Positions 10,103 through 20,100 of a DNA stretch of 32,000 nt are shown here, one piece after another. Source of the DNA: Candidatus Merdicola sp. Its GTDB lineage: Bacteria; Bacillota; Clostridia; TANB77; CAG-508. The notes under the pieces were generated by a model. That model was not told where the DNA came from, made no database searches, and saw only the letters and a program-made list of their open reading frames with translations. A program made the translations under genes and the position numbers. The first letter of the stretch is position 1. Every line of letters starts with the position of its first letter. The stretch is from assembly GCA_048393175.1 (NCBI GenBank), contig DBFJJM010000046.1, positions 1 through 32,000 on the forward strand, in the 5' to 3' direction.

Positions 10103-10119
10103 TAAAAAGTAAATAAAAA

Positions 10120-10150
10120 AAGACGTATGGTTTTCTTAAACATACGTCTT
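10120..10150 (-). terminator. rho-independent terminator ending the NRPS-HK-RR-DUF975 block (the hairpin also lies just 3' of tex)
   Basis: 10-bp stem AAGACGTATG / CATACGTCTT with an 11-nt loop. The A run on the + strand gives a U run for the minus-strand transcript. Confidence 0.7.
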
Positions 10151-10163
10151 AAAAATAAATAGG

Positions 10164-11063
10164 TTATTCTTCGTTATTTTCTCCATTATCATTCTGTTGT
10201 TTTTCTTCATCCTTTTCTTCTATAACAGATGGTTGAGAAGTCGTTTCGTCTTCATGTATTTCTTCTTGTGGGTCAGAAATTACTTCTGGTGAAGTTGTTT
10301 CACCAGTTTCTTGCTTGTTTTCTGAAGAAATTTTTCCTGCTCTATCATCATAGAAAAATAGGAAGGAAATTAGCATATATGGTAATAACCATAACATACC
10401 AATACCAAAGGTGAAACAAGTTAAAATGGCCCATCCAATAAAGGATAAAGATAAGAAGAAAAAGCTCCATCTATGTCCTATCATTAAACGTTCACTTTCT
10501 TCTACTACTTCTCTTGTTGTCATTTCCGGATGGTCATAAGAAAGATAAAAAGAAAGTACATATAAATAGCTCTTTGGGATAAGCCAAATAAGACAGGCAA
10601 GATAACCAATTGCACCAATAATTGCGAAAAATCCTCCTGCAAGCCCAACTGTCGTAGAACCTAAAAGAGCAGAAGTAGCACCAAAAGTAATACTAAATCC
10701 AACTAGCATGATAAATACTATGCATAACACAAGAGGAAGAAGTAATTTTAATAAAATATTTCCTACTACTGCCCAAGCACGACCAAAATTGGAAAAACCA
10801 ATTGTTAGAAAGTCTGTATATTGTACTTCTTCTGCTTGCTTTAGTTTCATGAAAGAAACAAATAATCCATAAGTAAGTGGAATTTCAATAACATATAGAC
10901 CAATGTTTGCGATGAATCCTAATAATGGAATAATAGATAAAATACCAGCAATAAAACCAATTCCGAACATAATTAAAGCATAAACTAATGTCATTAATGC
11001 TGCTTTACCCCATTTTCCTGTTAAATTATTACGAGCACTTTGCCTAATTTCGGCAGCAACCAT
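10164..11063 (-). CDS. DUF975-family integral membrane protein with an acidic C-terminal tail
   Basis: The N-terminus IRQSARNNLTGKWGKAALMTLVYALI is typical of DUF975, followed by multiple TM segments. The last ~50 aa are E/D/Q/T-rich low complexity. RBS AAAGGGGG. Confidence 0.75.
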   Translation of the reverse strand: MVAAEIRQSARNNLTGKWGKAALMTLVYALIMFGIGFIAGILSIIPLLGFIANIGLYVIEIPLTYGLFVSFMKLKQAEEVQYTDFLTIGFSNFGRAWAVVGNILLKLLLPLVLCIVFIMLVGFSITFGATSALLGSTTVGLAGGFFAIIGAIGYLACLIWLIPKSYLYVLSFYLSYDHPEMTTREVVEESERLMIGHRWSFFFLSLSFIGWAILTCFTFGIGMLWLLPYMLISFLFFYDDRAGKISSENKQETGETTSPEVISDPQEEIHEDETTSQPSVIEEKDEEKQQNDNGENNEE

Positions 11064-11105
11064 AAAAAAACCCCCTTTAATAATATATATTAAAATACAA
11101 TAAGA

Positions 11106-12155
11106 TTAATACTTATTTTGTATTTCTAATATCTTTTCATATTCATTGTTTAAAATATCTAAAAATAGCATAGCAATTTCTGGGTCAAACTGAGTCCCCA
11201 TATTTTTGGTGATTTCATCTTTTACTGTTTCGATTGGTAATGCATCACGATAAGTTCTTTTTGATGTCATAGCATCAAAACTATCTGCTACAGCCGTAAT
11301 TCTTGCTAAATAAGGAATACCTGTGCCACTTAATTTAGAAGGATACCCCTTTCCATCATATCTTTCATGATGATGTTTTACAATTGGCAAAATATCTGCA
11401 AAAATGCTGGCATTAGAAAGAATATGAACACCAATGGTAGGATGATTTTTAATTTGAGAATATTCATCATCAGAAAGTTTTGCTTCTTTTAGTAAAATAC
11501 TGTCTGGTACGCCAATTTTTCCAATATCATGAAATAAACCGCCAATTCGTAACGTATGAATTTCTTCTTTTGTTAACCCTAACTTTTCACCAATTAGAAC
11601 CGCAAAAGCGGAAACACGGTCAGAATGACCTTTCGTATAAGGGTCTTTGGCCTCTACCGTATAACGTAGTGTTTCGATACTTTCCATATAGGCTTTTTCT
11701 AACTTTTCGTATGTATCCGATAATTCGGTATTAATATTTTTTATTGTGTTCATTTGCTCGATTGATTTAATTCCTGACTCAATTAATAATAATAATTGGT
11801 CAAATTTATCACTTTTCTCGCAATATCCTTGAATATCTAATCTACGAATAGTTTCTAATGGTGGAGCTAAATCTTTATGTCCAGTTAGCAACAAAATATA
11901 TAAATCTTTATTAAATTTTCGAATTTCTTCTACTACTTGGTCACCATGAATAGGATACATGATAAAGTCTAACACCATAAGGTCAAAATGCTCTGTTTTT
12001 ACTTTTTCGATTGCATCTAAAGGATTTGTTACACCGGTAAAGTTATAACCAGAACGTTTTAAAAAAATAGATAAAGAATCTACAATTCCCATCTCATCAT
12101 CGACAGCAATTATTTTATAACCAGAAGATTCTTTTGTTTGCATATTTTTTCTCAT
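11106..12155 (-). CDS. response regulator with REC domain fused to an HD-GYP domain (c-di-GMP phosphodiesterase type)
   Basis: REC region IIAVDDEMGIVD...DLMVLDFIMP-like...LLTGH. HD-GYP motifs HSDRV, GGLFHDIGK and HHERYDGKGYP. No DNA-binding domain. RBS GAGGTGA. Confidence 0.9.
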   Translation of the reverse strand: MRKNMQTKESSGYKIIAVDDEMGIVDSLSIFLKRSGYNFTGVTNPLDAIEKVKTEHFDLMVLDFIMYPIHGDQVVEEIRKFNKDLYILLLTGHKDLAPPLETIRRLDIQGYCEKSDKFDQLLLLIESGIKSIEQMNTIKNINTELSDTYEKLEKAYMESIETLRYTVEAKDPYTKGHSDRVSAFAVLIGEKLGLTKEEIHTLRIGGLFHDIGKIGVPDSILLKEAKLSDDEYSQIKNHPTIGVHILSNASIFADILPIVKHHHERYDGKGYPSKLSGTGIPYLARITAVADSFDAMTSKRTYRDALPIETVKDEITKNMGTQFDPEIAMLFLDILNNEYEKILEIQNKY

Positions 12156-12182
12156 GATATCACCTCTATTTTAGATACCTAT

Positions 12183-12211
12183 ATTATATATAACTAAGTA
12201 TGGAAAAGCAA
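12183..12211 (-). promoter_or_regulatory. sigma-A type promoter for the response-regulator gene
   Basis: On the minus strand: TTGCTT (12211-12206), 17-nt spacer, consensus TATAAT (12188-12183), about 28 nt upstream of the RR start. Confidence 0.4.
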
Positions 12212-12241
12212 GAAAAAAGAAAGATTTTGTAGAGAAAAGAA

Positions 12242-12278
12242 GATATTTACGGGTAGATTGAATCTATCCGTAAATATC
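12242..12278 (-). terminator. strong hairpin (terminator/attenuator-like) between the HK and RR genes
   Basis: 17-bp inverted repeat GATATTTACGGGTAGAT / ATCTATCCGTAAATATC with a 3-nt loop. It has one G-T/C-A imperfection. It starts 12 nt after the HK stop and is followed on the minus strand by CTTCTTTTCTCT. Confidence 0.45.
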
Positions 12279-12289
12279 CGTGAAAAATA

Positions 12290-14101
12290 TTAATCTAAAG
12301 GTAAAGTAATATTAAAACATGTACCTTTTCCTACTTCAGAGGTAAAATCAATGTTACCTCCAAAATGTGCTTTAATGGTAGAATAAGACATAAATAGACC
12401 AAGACCAGTTCCGTTTTTACCTTTTGTTGTAATCATTTCCTTAAACAATTTATGTTTTACTTCTTCTGTCATTCCTATACCGTAATCACGAATAGAGATA
12501 ATGATACTATTTGGAGTAGAAGAAATAACACTTAAATCAATATCTTGATTTGATTTACCATTATAGGATTGAATGGAGTTAGAAATCATATTATTGACTA
12601 CTTGTACTAAGCTGTTAACATCTCCTTTTATAGTGGTATTAGAATTGATTTCGATATGGATATTTAAGTTAATAAGGGCATTTTTCAGTTCATGTTTCAT
12701 CAAAATATCAATACGTTTCATTAATTCATCAATGGTAAATTCCATATTTTCATCAGAAGAAAGAGTAACCGCTTGTCCCTTAACAGCAGTAATAACATCT
12801 GACATGTATTCAGTATAGTCTTTTATTTTAACTACCCAAGAAGACATATCTTTGGCAATATCATGATGGTCTTTTTTCGTTACTTCAGGGTCATCGATAG
12901 AAATATCATATTCTTTTATTAAATCATTTAATCCCTCTGCAGCACCAGAAATGGACATAATTGGTGTTTTTAAGTTATGTGCGATTCCCCCTATTAATTG
13001 TCCTAAAGAAGCCAAACGTTCTTTTTCCATTAACATATCTTGATTATTCTTAATTGTTTGAATATCTAGCATATGTTGGGTGGTATCTTTAAATAAAATC
13101 AAAGTACCAATAAATTCATTGTCTGCGGTTAAATTATTAATCTCAATAATAAAATATTTACTAATATTTTGAACTTTTTGATTATATTGAAATGTTTTTG
13201 TAGAGTTTTTTACTTTTGTTAAAATATCTTGAAGAGTTTTTGTATCGACTTCAAACAAACTATTTTCTTGTAAAACTTTTGATAATTCTAAATTACGAAT
13301 CTTAGAGCCGGATAAATGAAACGTATTTAGAAAAGTTTGATTAAAATCAATAATCACATTTTCGTCATTTAATACAATATAGCCATCTGAAATACGGTCT
13401 ACAATTTTTTGCAAAGCAATAGGAGTAATAGTTAAAAATTTAAATTTAAAAATAGCAAGGACAAAAAAAAGCAAAGTAAAGGTAAAAGAAATTGGCATTA
13501 AATATACCACCATAGGAATACCGAATAAACCAAGAATGTTTACCAAAATGGGTAGTAACATTCCAATGACAATAAGCAAAGATTGCTTAGAAAAAAATCC
13601 GGAATTTTTAATAGAGTAACGTAATAAGTAAAAAAATCCCAATGCTATAATGACATAGGTATAAATAGAATGAATTGGAAAATATGGTCCAAAAATAGTA
13701 TCTGTAATGTGAATAGAATACTGTTCATAAAATAGATGATGGTAATCATTGGTAAAAAGTAGGATAATATCTAAAATAGGAATGATAAAAAATAATAGAT
13801 GATACCAATGAAAGGATACTTTTGTTTTATCGAAAATGTATCCAATAGCACAAAAGGCAAGAGGAGCAAAACAGGCACCAAAGGCGGCATAATATTCAAA
13901 ACGAATGGGAAGAATATTGCTGTTTTGGAAAGTAATTTGCAAAATTAAGCAAAACGTCCAGATAAACATAAAAGAAAGTAATGCAATAAACGCTTTTTGA
14001 ATTTGTCCTTTATGTTTTTTTGAATATAAAATAACAAGTAATAGAACAATAGTAATAATTTCAGAAAAAATCATAGCAATTAAGTAAGATAAATTTTCCA
14101 T
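12290..14101 (-). CDS. sensor histidine kinase with N-terminal 7-TM receptor module, PAS-like domain, HisKA and HATPase_c
   Basis: About 7 predicted TM helices in aa 1-230. H-box GGIAHNLKTPI. ATPase motifs NNMISNSIQS (N box), RDYGIGM (G1) and GTGLGL (G2). RBS AAGGAGGG. The start lies only 14 nt after the NRPS stop. Confidence 0.9.
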   Translation of the reverse strand: MENLSYLIAMIFSEIITIVLLLVILYSKKHKGQIQKAFIALLSFMFIWTFCLILQITFQNSNILPIRFEYYAAFGACFAPLAFCAIGYIFDKTKVSFHWYHLLFFIIPILDIILLFTNDYHHLFYEQYSIHITDTIFGPYFPIHSIYTYVIIALGFFYLLRYSIKNSGFFSKQSLLIVIGMLLPILVNILGLFGIPMVVYLMPISFTFTLLFFVLAIFKFKFLTITPIALQKIVDRISDGYIVLNDENVIIDFNQTFLNTFHLSGSKIRNLELSKVLQENSLFEVDTKTLQDILTKVKNSTKTFQYNQKVQNISKYFIIEINNLTADNEFIGTLILFKDTTQHMLDIQTIKNNQDMLMEKERLASLGQLIGGIAHNLKTPIMSISGAAEGLNDLIKEYDISIDDPEVTKKDHHDIAKDMSSWVVKIKDYTEYMSDVITAVKGQAVTLSSDENMEFTIDELMKRIDILMKHELKNALINLNIHIEINSNTTIKGDVNSLVQVVNNMISNSIQSYNGKSNQDIDLSVISSTPNSIIISIRDYGIGMTEEVKHKLFKEMITTKGKNGTGLGLFMSYSTIKAHFGGNIDFTSEVGKGTCFNITLPLD

Positions 14102-14115
14102 AAAAATGCCCTCCT

Positions 14116-17100
14116 TTAAATTAAGTTAATTTTTCTTAAATAGTCTACATAATGCTTAATATAGTTTTTATCAATTTGTGGCCAATGAAAACCAAAATGG
14201 TGTAATACAGCACGGCTAAATTCGGATACAATTGAAATATTGGAGCTATAGTCTACCTTCTGCTGTTTATCGAAGTCGTTAATAATGCCGGAAAGCAGTA
14301 TCTTTTTCTCTGGTAAAGAAGAAATTTGCTGTATTTTATGTGAAAAAGATTCATGACTTAAAGGCTGGATGGAAAAGCCCTCTTCGTCCAATTGATGTAT
14401 CAAATTTTTAATCATTACATGATTATTATCATAAAGATGAAAAACAGAGAAATCTTTATAATCATTTTGCATAATAGTAACAATAGCTTGTGCACAAGCA
14501 TCAACAGGTGTAAATTCCACATAAGAAGAGAGTAAATAGTCTGGTATAGAGCCAATTTGAATAAAGGCAAGTAAACGATTAACAAACGCATTTTCTGTTG
14601 CATTTAATTGAAAGACGCCATCATAATAACGACTGGTAATATTACCTAGACGTAAGATTTGAGCATCTAGATTGTTTTTTACTTGGTTTTCTAAAATTAA
14701 TTTTTCAGCATCAAATTTACTTTTTATATACACGTTTTCTAATACTTGACCAATATATAAATTCTTTTCACAAAAATTCATTTTCTTTAAAATAGCATTC
14801 TGTCTTGTTTTAGCATCTCCATCTAAAGACATATTTCCTGAAATGCTAAGAGAAGATAAGTGAAGAAGGCGTTTTTTATTTTGCAAACAAAAATGAATCA
14901 TATTTTTGGTGGCATCTACATTAATTGCTGTAAATTTATCAATATCCCCATAATGTTTTACCATGGCGGCAGCATTTATTACAACCGAAATTTGTTCTTT
15001 TAATTGAGATAAGACTAAATGAGATAAATCAAAATTTTCTTTGGTCACTTCTCCTTCTAAAATTTTAATACGTTTTCCCACTTCTGAATCAAAATGAGTC
15101 CCAAAATAGAAATGTAATACCCTCATAAAACGGTCATATGCAGAAATCCCATTTTTAGAACGAACAACACAAAAGATAGTTCCCCTATCGTGTATTAAAA
15201 GACTAGCTAGAATATGAACTCCTACAAAACCATTAGCACCTAGTAATAAGACATGATTATTGGTATTTGTTAATAAGTTAGATTTTTGGAAAAATGAAAT
15301 ATCATTTTTTTCTAATTGTTTGTTAATTTTACAATAATCATAAGTATCAATTAGGTTTGTTTTTTCTTTTTCTTTATTCTCTTCGTAATAAGAAGAAAGT
15401 TCTTTTATCGTTTTATATCGGAAAAAGTCAGCATAATCGATGTTAATATTGTGAGAAAGTAATTCTATTTTGTATTTAATAATCAGCAAAGAATCTACTC
15501 CTAAATCAAAGATATTGTCTTGGATTCCTACTTTAGTATGAAGTAATTTTTCCCAACAATCACAAAGTATTTTTTCAATAGCTGTAGTAGGTGCTATGTA
15601 GTCAGAAGAATTCTTCTGGATAGAATAGGTTGCTAAAATTTTTGTATCAATTTTTCCATTTAACGTAATAGGGAAATTATCTAGCTGTGTAAAATAATTA
15701 GGTATCATATATTCTGGAAGAGTAGTTAATAAAGAAGTACGTATCTGACTCGGCGTAATTGCTTTACGTATAGTGTAAAAAGCAGATAAATAGCTGTTAT
15801 TTTCTATTTTCTGATAAAGAACGACTGCTTTATCAATTTCGGGAAGATTCATTAATTGTTTTTCAATTTCAGACAGTTCAATACGAAGTCCGTGAATTTT
15901 AATTTGATTATCTTTTCTTCCTAAATAAGCAATTTCTGCACAAGGTAAATATTTTCCCCTATCACCAGTTCGATACATCGTACCTGTTCCGAAGGGATTG
16001 GGAACAAAAGCTTTTTTAGTAGCTTCTATATTTTTCAAATAACCTTTTGAAACGCCATCTCCTACAACACAGATTTCGCCTGGTATACCAATAGGGCATA
16101 AATTAAGGTCAGAGTTGCAAATCAATAATTCTGTGTTATAAATTGGTTTTCCAATGGTAATTTGGTCTTTTTTCATTACTTTTTTATTAGAACAACAAGC
16201 CGTGATTTCAGAAGGTCCATAGCCATTAAAAATAGTTGCTTTAGTAAAATGTTCTAATTTTTCATATAGAGAAGAGGTAAAGATTTCTCCTCCTAATTGA
16301 ATTATTTTTAAGTCAGATAGACTTTTTCGTGAAATTTCATTTAAAAGCATTAATTCAATTCTAGAAGGGGTTGTTAGTATAAAATCAATTTTTTGTTCTA
16401 ACAATAATTTTGCAATTTCAGTTGGTATTTTTTGCTGTTCCTGATTTGTTAGTACAAGTGTTTTTCCCGAAAGAAGCGGAACAAAAGTTTCAACAATAAA
16501 CATATCAAAAGAAACAGCACTAATACTAATAAACTTTTCGCAACAATCAGTATGAAGTTGCTTTTGATAACTAAGAATCATATTTAGAATACCTAAGTTT
16601 TTAAGCATAATTCCTTTTGGTTTTCCAGTTGAGCCAGAAGTGTAAATGACACAAAAAGTGTTGTCATTAGAAGGTAAAATAGATAAATCAAGACAAGAGT
16701 ATTTATCAAGAGGAATATCTTCTATAAAACTAATTTTCCAATCTATTTTCTTCATATGTTTATCTTGAATTAATAAAGCGGCATCGCTATCTTGTAACAT
16801 ATAAGTAATACGCTCTGGTGGTAAGTTTGGGTCAATTAATAAATAAGAAGCTCCTGTTTTTAAAATTCCTAGTATCGTGTAATAGATAGCAGGAGTACGA
16901 GATAGCATTACTGCAATGGTATCATTTTTACTAATAGAAAAGTTGTTTAATAAATAATTAGCAAATTGATTGGAGGTATTATTTAAATTTTCATAAGTAA
17001 TCGTTTGTCCTTCAAAGATAATAGCAGGTTTTGTTTTATTTTCCTTTGCCTTTTCATAAAAAGTACGAATCAGTGCTTTTTCTTTGTTATATTTTCTAAC

Positions 17101-20100
17101 TGTATTGTTATATTCATATAAAATAAAATCTTTTTCTGTTTCCGAAACAAGAGGAATATCTGCTATTCTAATTTGTATGTTTTCTAAAACTTGATGCAAA
17201 ATCTCACAAAAATGGTCTGCTAAACGAGTTATATCATTTTCATCAAATAACGAAGTAGCGTATTCAAATTGAATAGTAAGATGGTCTGTATATGGTTTTA
17301 CTTCTACTGTAAGGTCAAATTTAGAAATAGAAGATTCAGGTTCATAAAATAGGTCTGAGGGCATATTATTTTGATAAACAAACATCGTATCAAACAAGGC
17401 ATTTCTAGAAGCGGATGGTTTAATTTGTAAATCTTTTAAAAGTAAATCAAAAGGATAATCTTGATGGTCAAAAGCTTCTATATAATGAGCCGTGACTTGT
17501 TTTACGAAAGATAAAAAAGAATCATCACTAGAAAGTTGAGTTCGTAATACTAAAGTATTAACAAACATACCTATGGTTTTTTCTAGTTCTGGATGAGTAC
17601 GACCAGATGTTGGCGTGCCAACAAGGAAATCTTTTTGGTCTGTATAATGGTAAAGTAAAATATAATAAATGCATAGCAAAAAGGAAAAAGGAGTAGTATG
17701 ATACTGTTTACAAAAAGAAAGAATGTTATTTTTTTCTGCTTCTGAGATAATACGACTAATGTGTGCTCCTTTATAATCTTTTTTTTCTGGTCTAGAAAAA
17801 GTAGTTGGTAGGGTAAGCAAAGGAAGTTCACCAGCCAACAGTTCTAACCAATACTCTTTGTCTTGCTGTACCTTAGTAGAGTGTAGCTGTTTTTCTTCCC
17901 ATATAGCAAAATCTTTATATTGTAAAGAATAAGAGGAAAGAGTTTTTCCGTTATACAATTCAAACAGTTCTTCTACAAGAATAGACACAGAGACCCCATC
18001 GCAAATAATATGGTGTAAATCAAGTAGTAAAATAGCCTTTTTATTTTCTATCCTAACTAATAAAGCTCTAAAAAGCGGAGCTTTACTTAAATTAAAAGGT
18101 TTAACAAAAGACTTAAATGTAGAATCTATCTGCTTTTCTTCAATACAAACTGTTTCTAATTTGTAATCAAAAGAAGGGGAAATCTTTTGAACCACTTCTT
18201 CTTTTTGAAAAATAAAAGAAGTACGAAGAGAATCGTGGCGTTTTATTAACTTGTTTAATGCTTGTTCTAATCTTACTTTATCAGGAATGGTTTCGAACAA
18301 AATCCCGCCAGGTATGTTATAAACAGTAGAAGCCGGATTCGTCATACAAGTTAAAAAAATTCGTTTTTGAGCGTGAGACAAAGGATAAGAATCGAATATA
18401 GGAGCAGGGGTAATGACTGTTTTTTCACTTTCTTGTTTGTCTGGTTTTATCTCTTGAATATATTGAGCTAGTGATTTTATGGTTGTATATTCAAAGATTT
18501 CTTTTACTTGTAATTTCACATCAAAGTGACTATAAATAGCAGTAATTAATTTAATCGCACAAAGAGAATCCCCACCTAATTCAAAGAAATCACTATTTCT
18601 TCCTATTTCACCAAAGTTTAAAATATTTTTCCAGATAGAAACAAGTTGTTTTTCGGTTTCTGTTTGTGGTTTTTCTTTTTGATAAGTAATGATGACTTCA
18701 GGCAATTTGGATTTGTCAACTTTTCCATTTGCATTAAGAGGTAGAGTTTCCATTTTAACAAAATGAGAAGGAACCATGTAATAAGGTAATTTTTTTCGTA
18801 ATTCTCTTTTTATATCTTCTATCTTTAAATTTGGGTCACATGTTAGATAAGCACAAATACTATCAATTTGATTTACTGACTTAATGATAACAGATGCATT
18901 ACCAATAGAGGAAAGATTTTTCAAGACAGATTCGATTTCCTCTAATTCGATACGAAGACCTCTTAATTTAACTTGGTAATCATGGCGTCCAACAAATTCA
19001 ATTTCTCCCTTTTTATCAAAGCGAGCTAAATCGCCAGACAAATATAACTCTCCTTTACCAAAAGGATTTGGAATAAAGGATGTTTGCGTTGCTTTTTCGT
19101 TATAAAGATATCCGTCTGAAACGCCTTCTCCTGCAATACACAATTGTCCTGTTACGCCAACAGGACATAAATTCATATCTTGATTACAGATATAAATTTG
19201 TACATTAGGATACGGTTTTCCAATAGAAATATGTTCAGAAGAAACAATTTCCTTTGTAGAACAGCAAGCTGTTGTTTCAGAGGGACCATATCCATTAAAA
19301 ATGTGGGCATTAGTATAGGTTTTTACTTTTTCAAAAAAAGAACATGTTAAACTTTCTCCTCCTAATTGCATTGCTTTTAAATAAGTTAAACATGTGTTAG
19401 TGGTAGAAGAAGAAAGTAAAGCCTCTAGTTTAGAAGGAGTAATTAGCATGAATTCTGGCTTTTGTCTTCTAATTAATTGACTAAGGTCAATTGGATTTTT
19501 TTGTTCTTCTTCATTTGCTAGTACTAACTTTTTTCCAGATAAAAGGCAAATCCAAATCTCAGCTGCAAACATATCAAAAGAAACGGCACAAATACTAAGA
19601 AATGTTTTATATTTTTTTATATTCATCATAGATTGATAGCCATTTACTAGATTTAACATACTAGAGCGTTTTAATAAAATTCCTTTTGGTTTTCCGGTTG
19701 AACCAGAAGTATAGACAACAGACAAATTTCTTTGATTTGAAATAAAACTAGTAATTGGCTTGGATGATAAAGAGGATATTTCTAATTTATTTAAAGATAC
19801 TTGAGGGATAGAAAAAGTCAAATGAGAAAAACAAGTGTTAGTAAGCAGCAAATTAGTATGGCTATTTTCTATCATATATTGGAGTCTTTCTTCTGGTAAA
19901 GAAGCATCCATTATCATATAACTACAACCTGCTTTTAAGATTGCTATCATAGAAAACACAATCTCAGGAGAACGTTTTAATAAAATACCAACCACCTGAT
20001 TTGGCCTGGTAAAAGTAGTAATATGGTTTGCAAGACAATTTGTATAATAATCAATTTCTTCATAACTATAATTTCTGTTTTCAAAAACAAGAGCTGCTTT

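Noticed and set aside
14415-17831. Small ORFs inside the NRPS gene (14415-14603 and 17583-17831, same strand but out of frame)
   Set aside because: They lie in alternative frames of a gene with continuous, motif-rich NRPS coding. They have L/F/I/K-rich low-complexity translations typical of off-frame AT-rich DNA, and no RBS.
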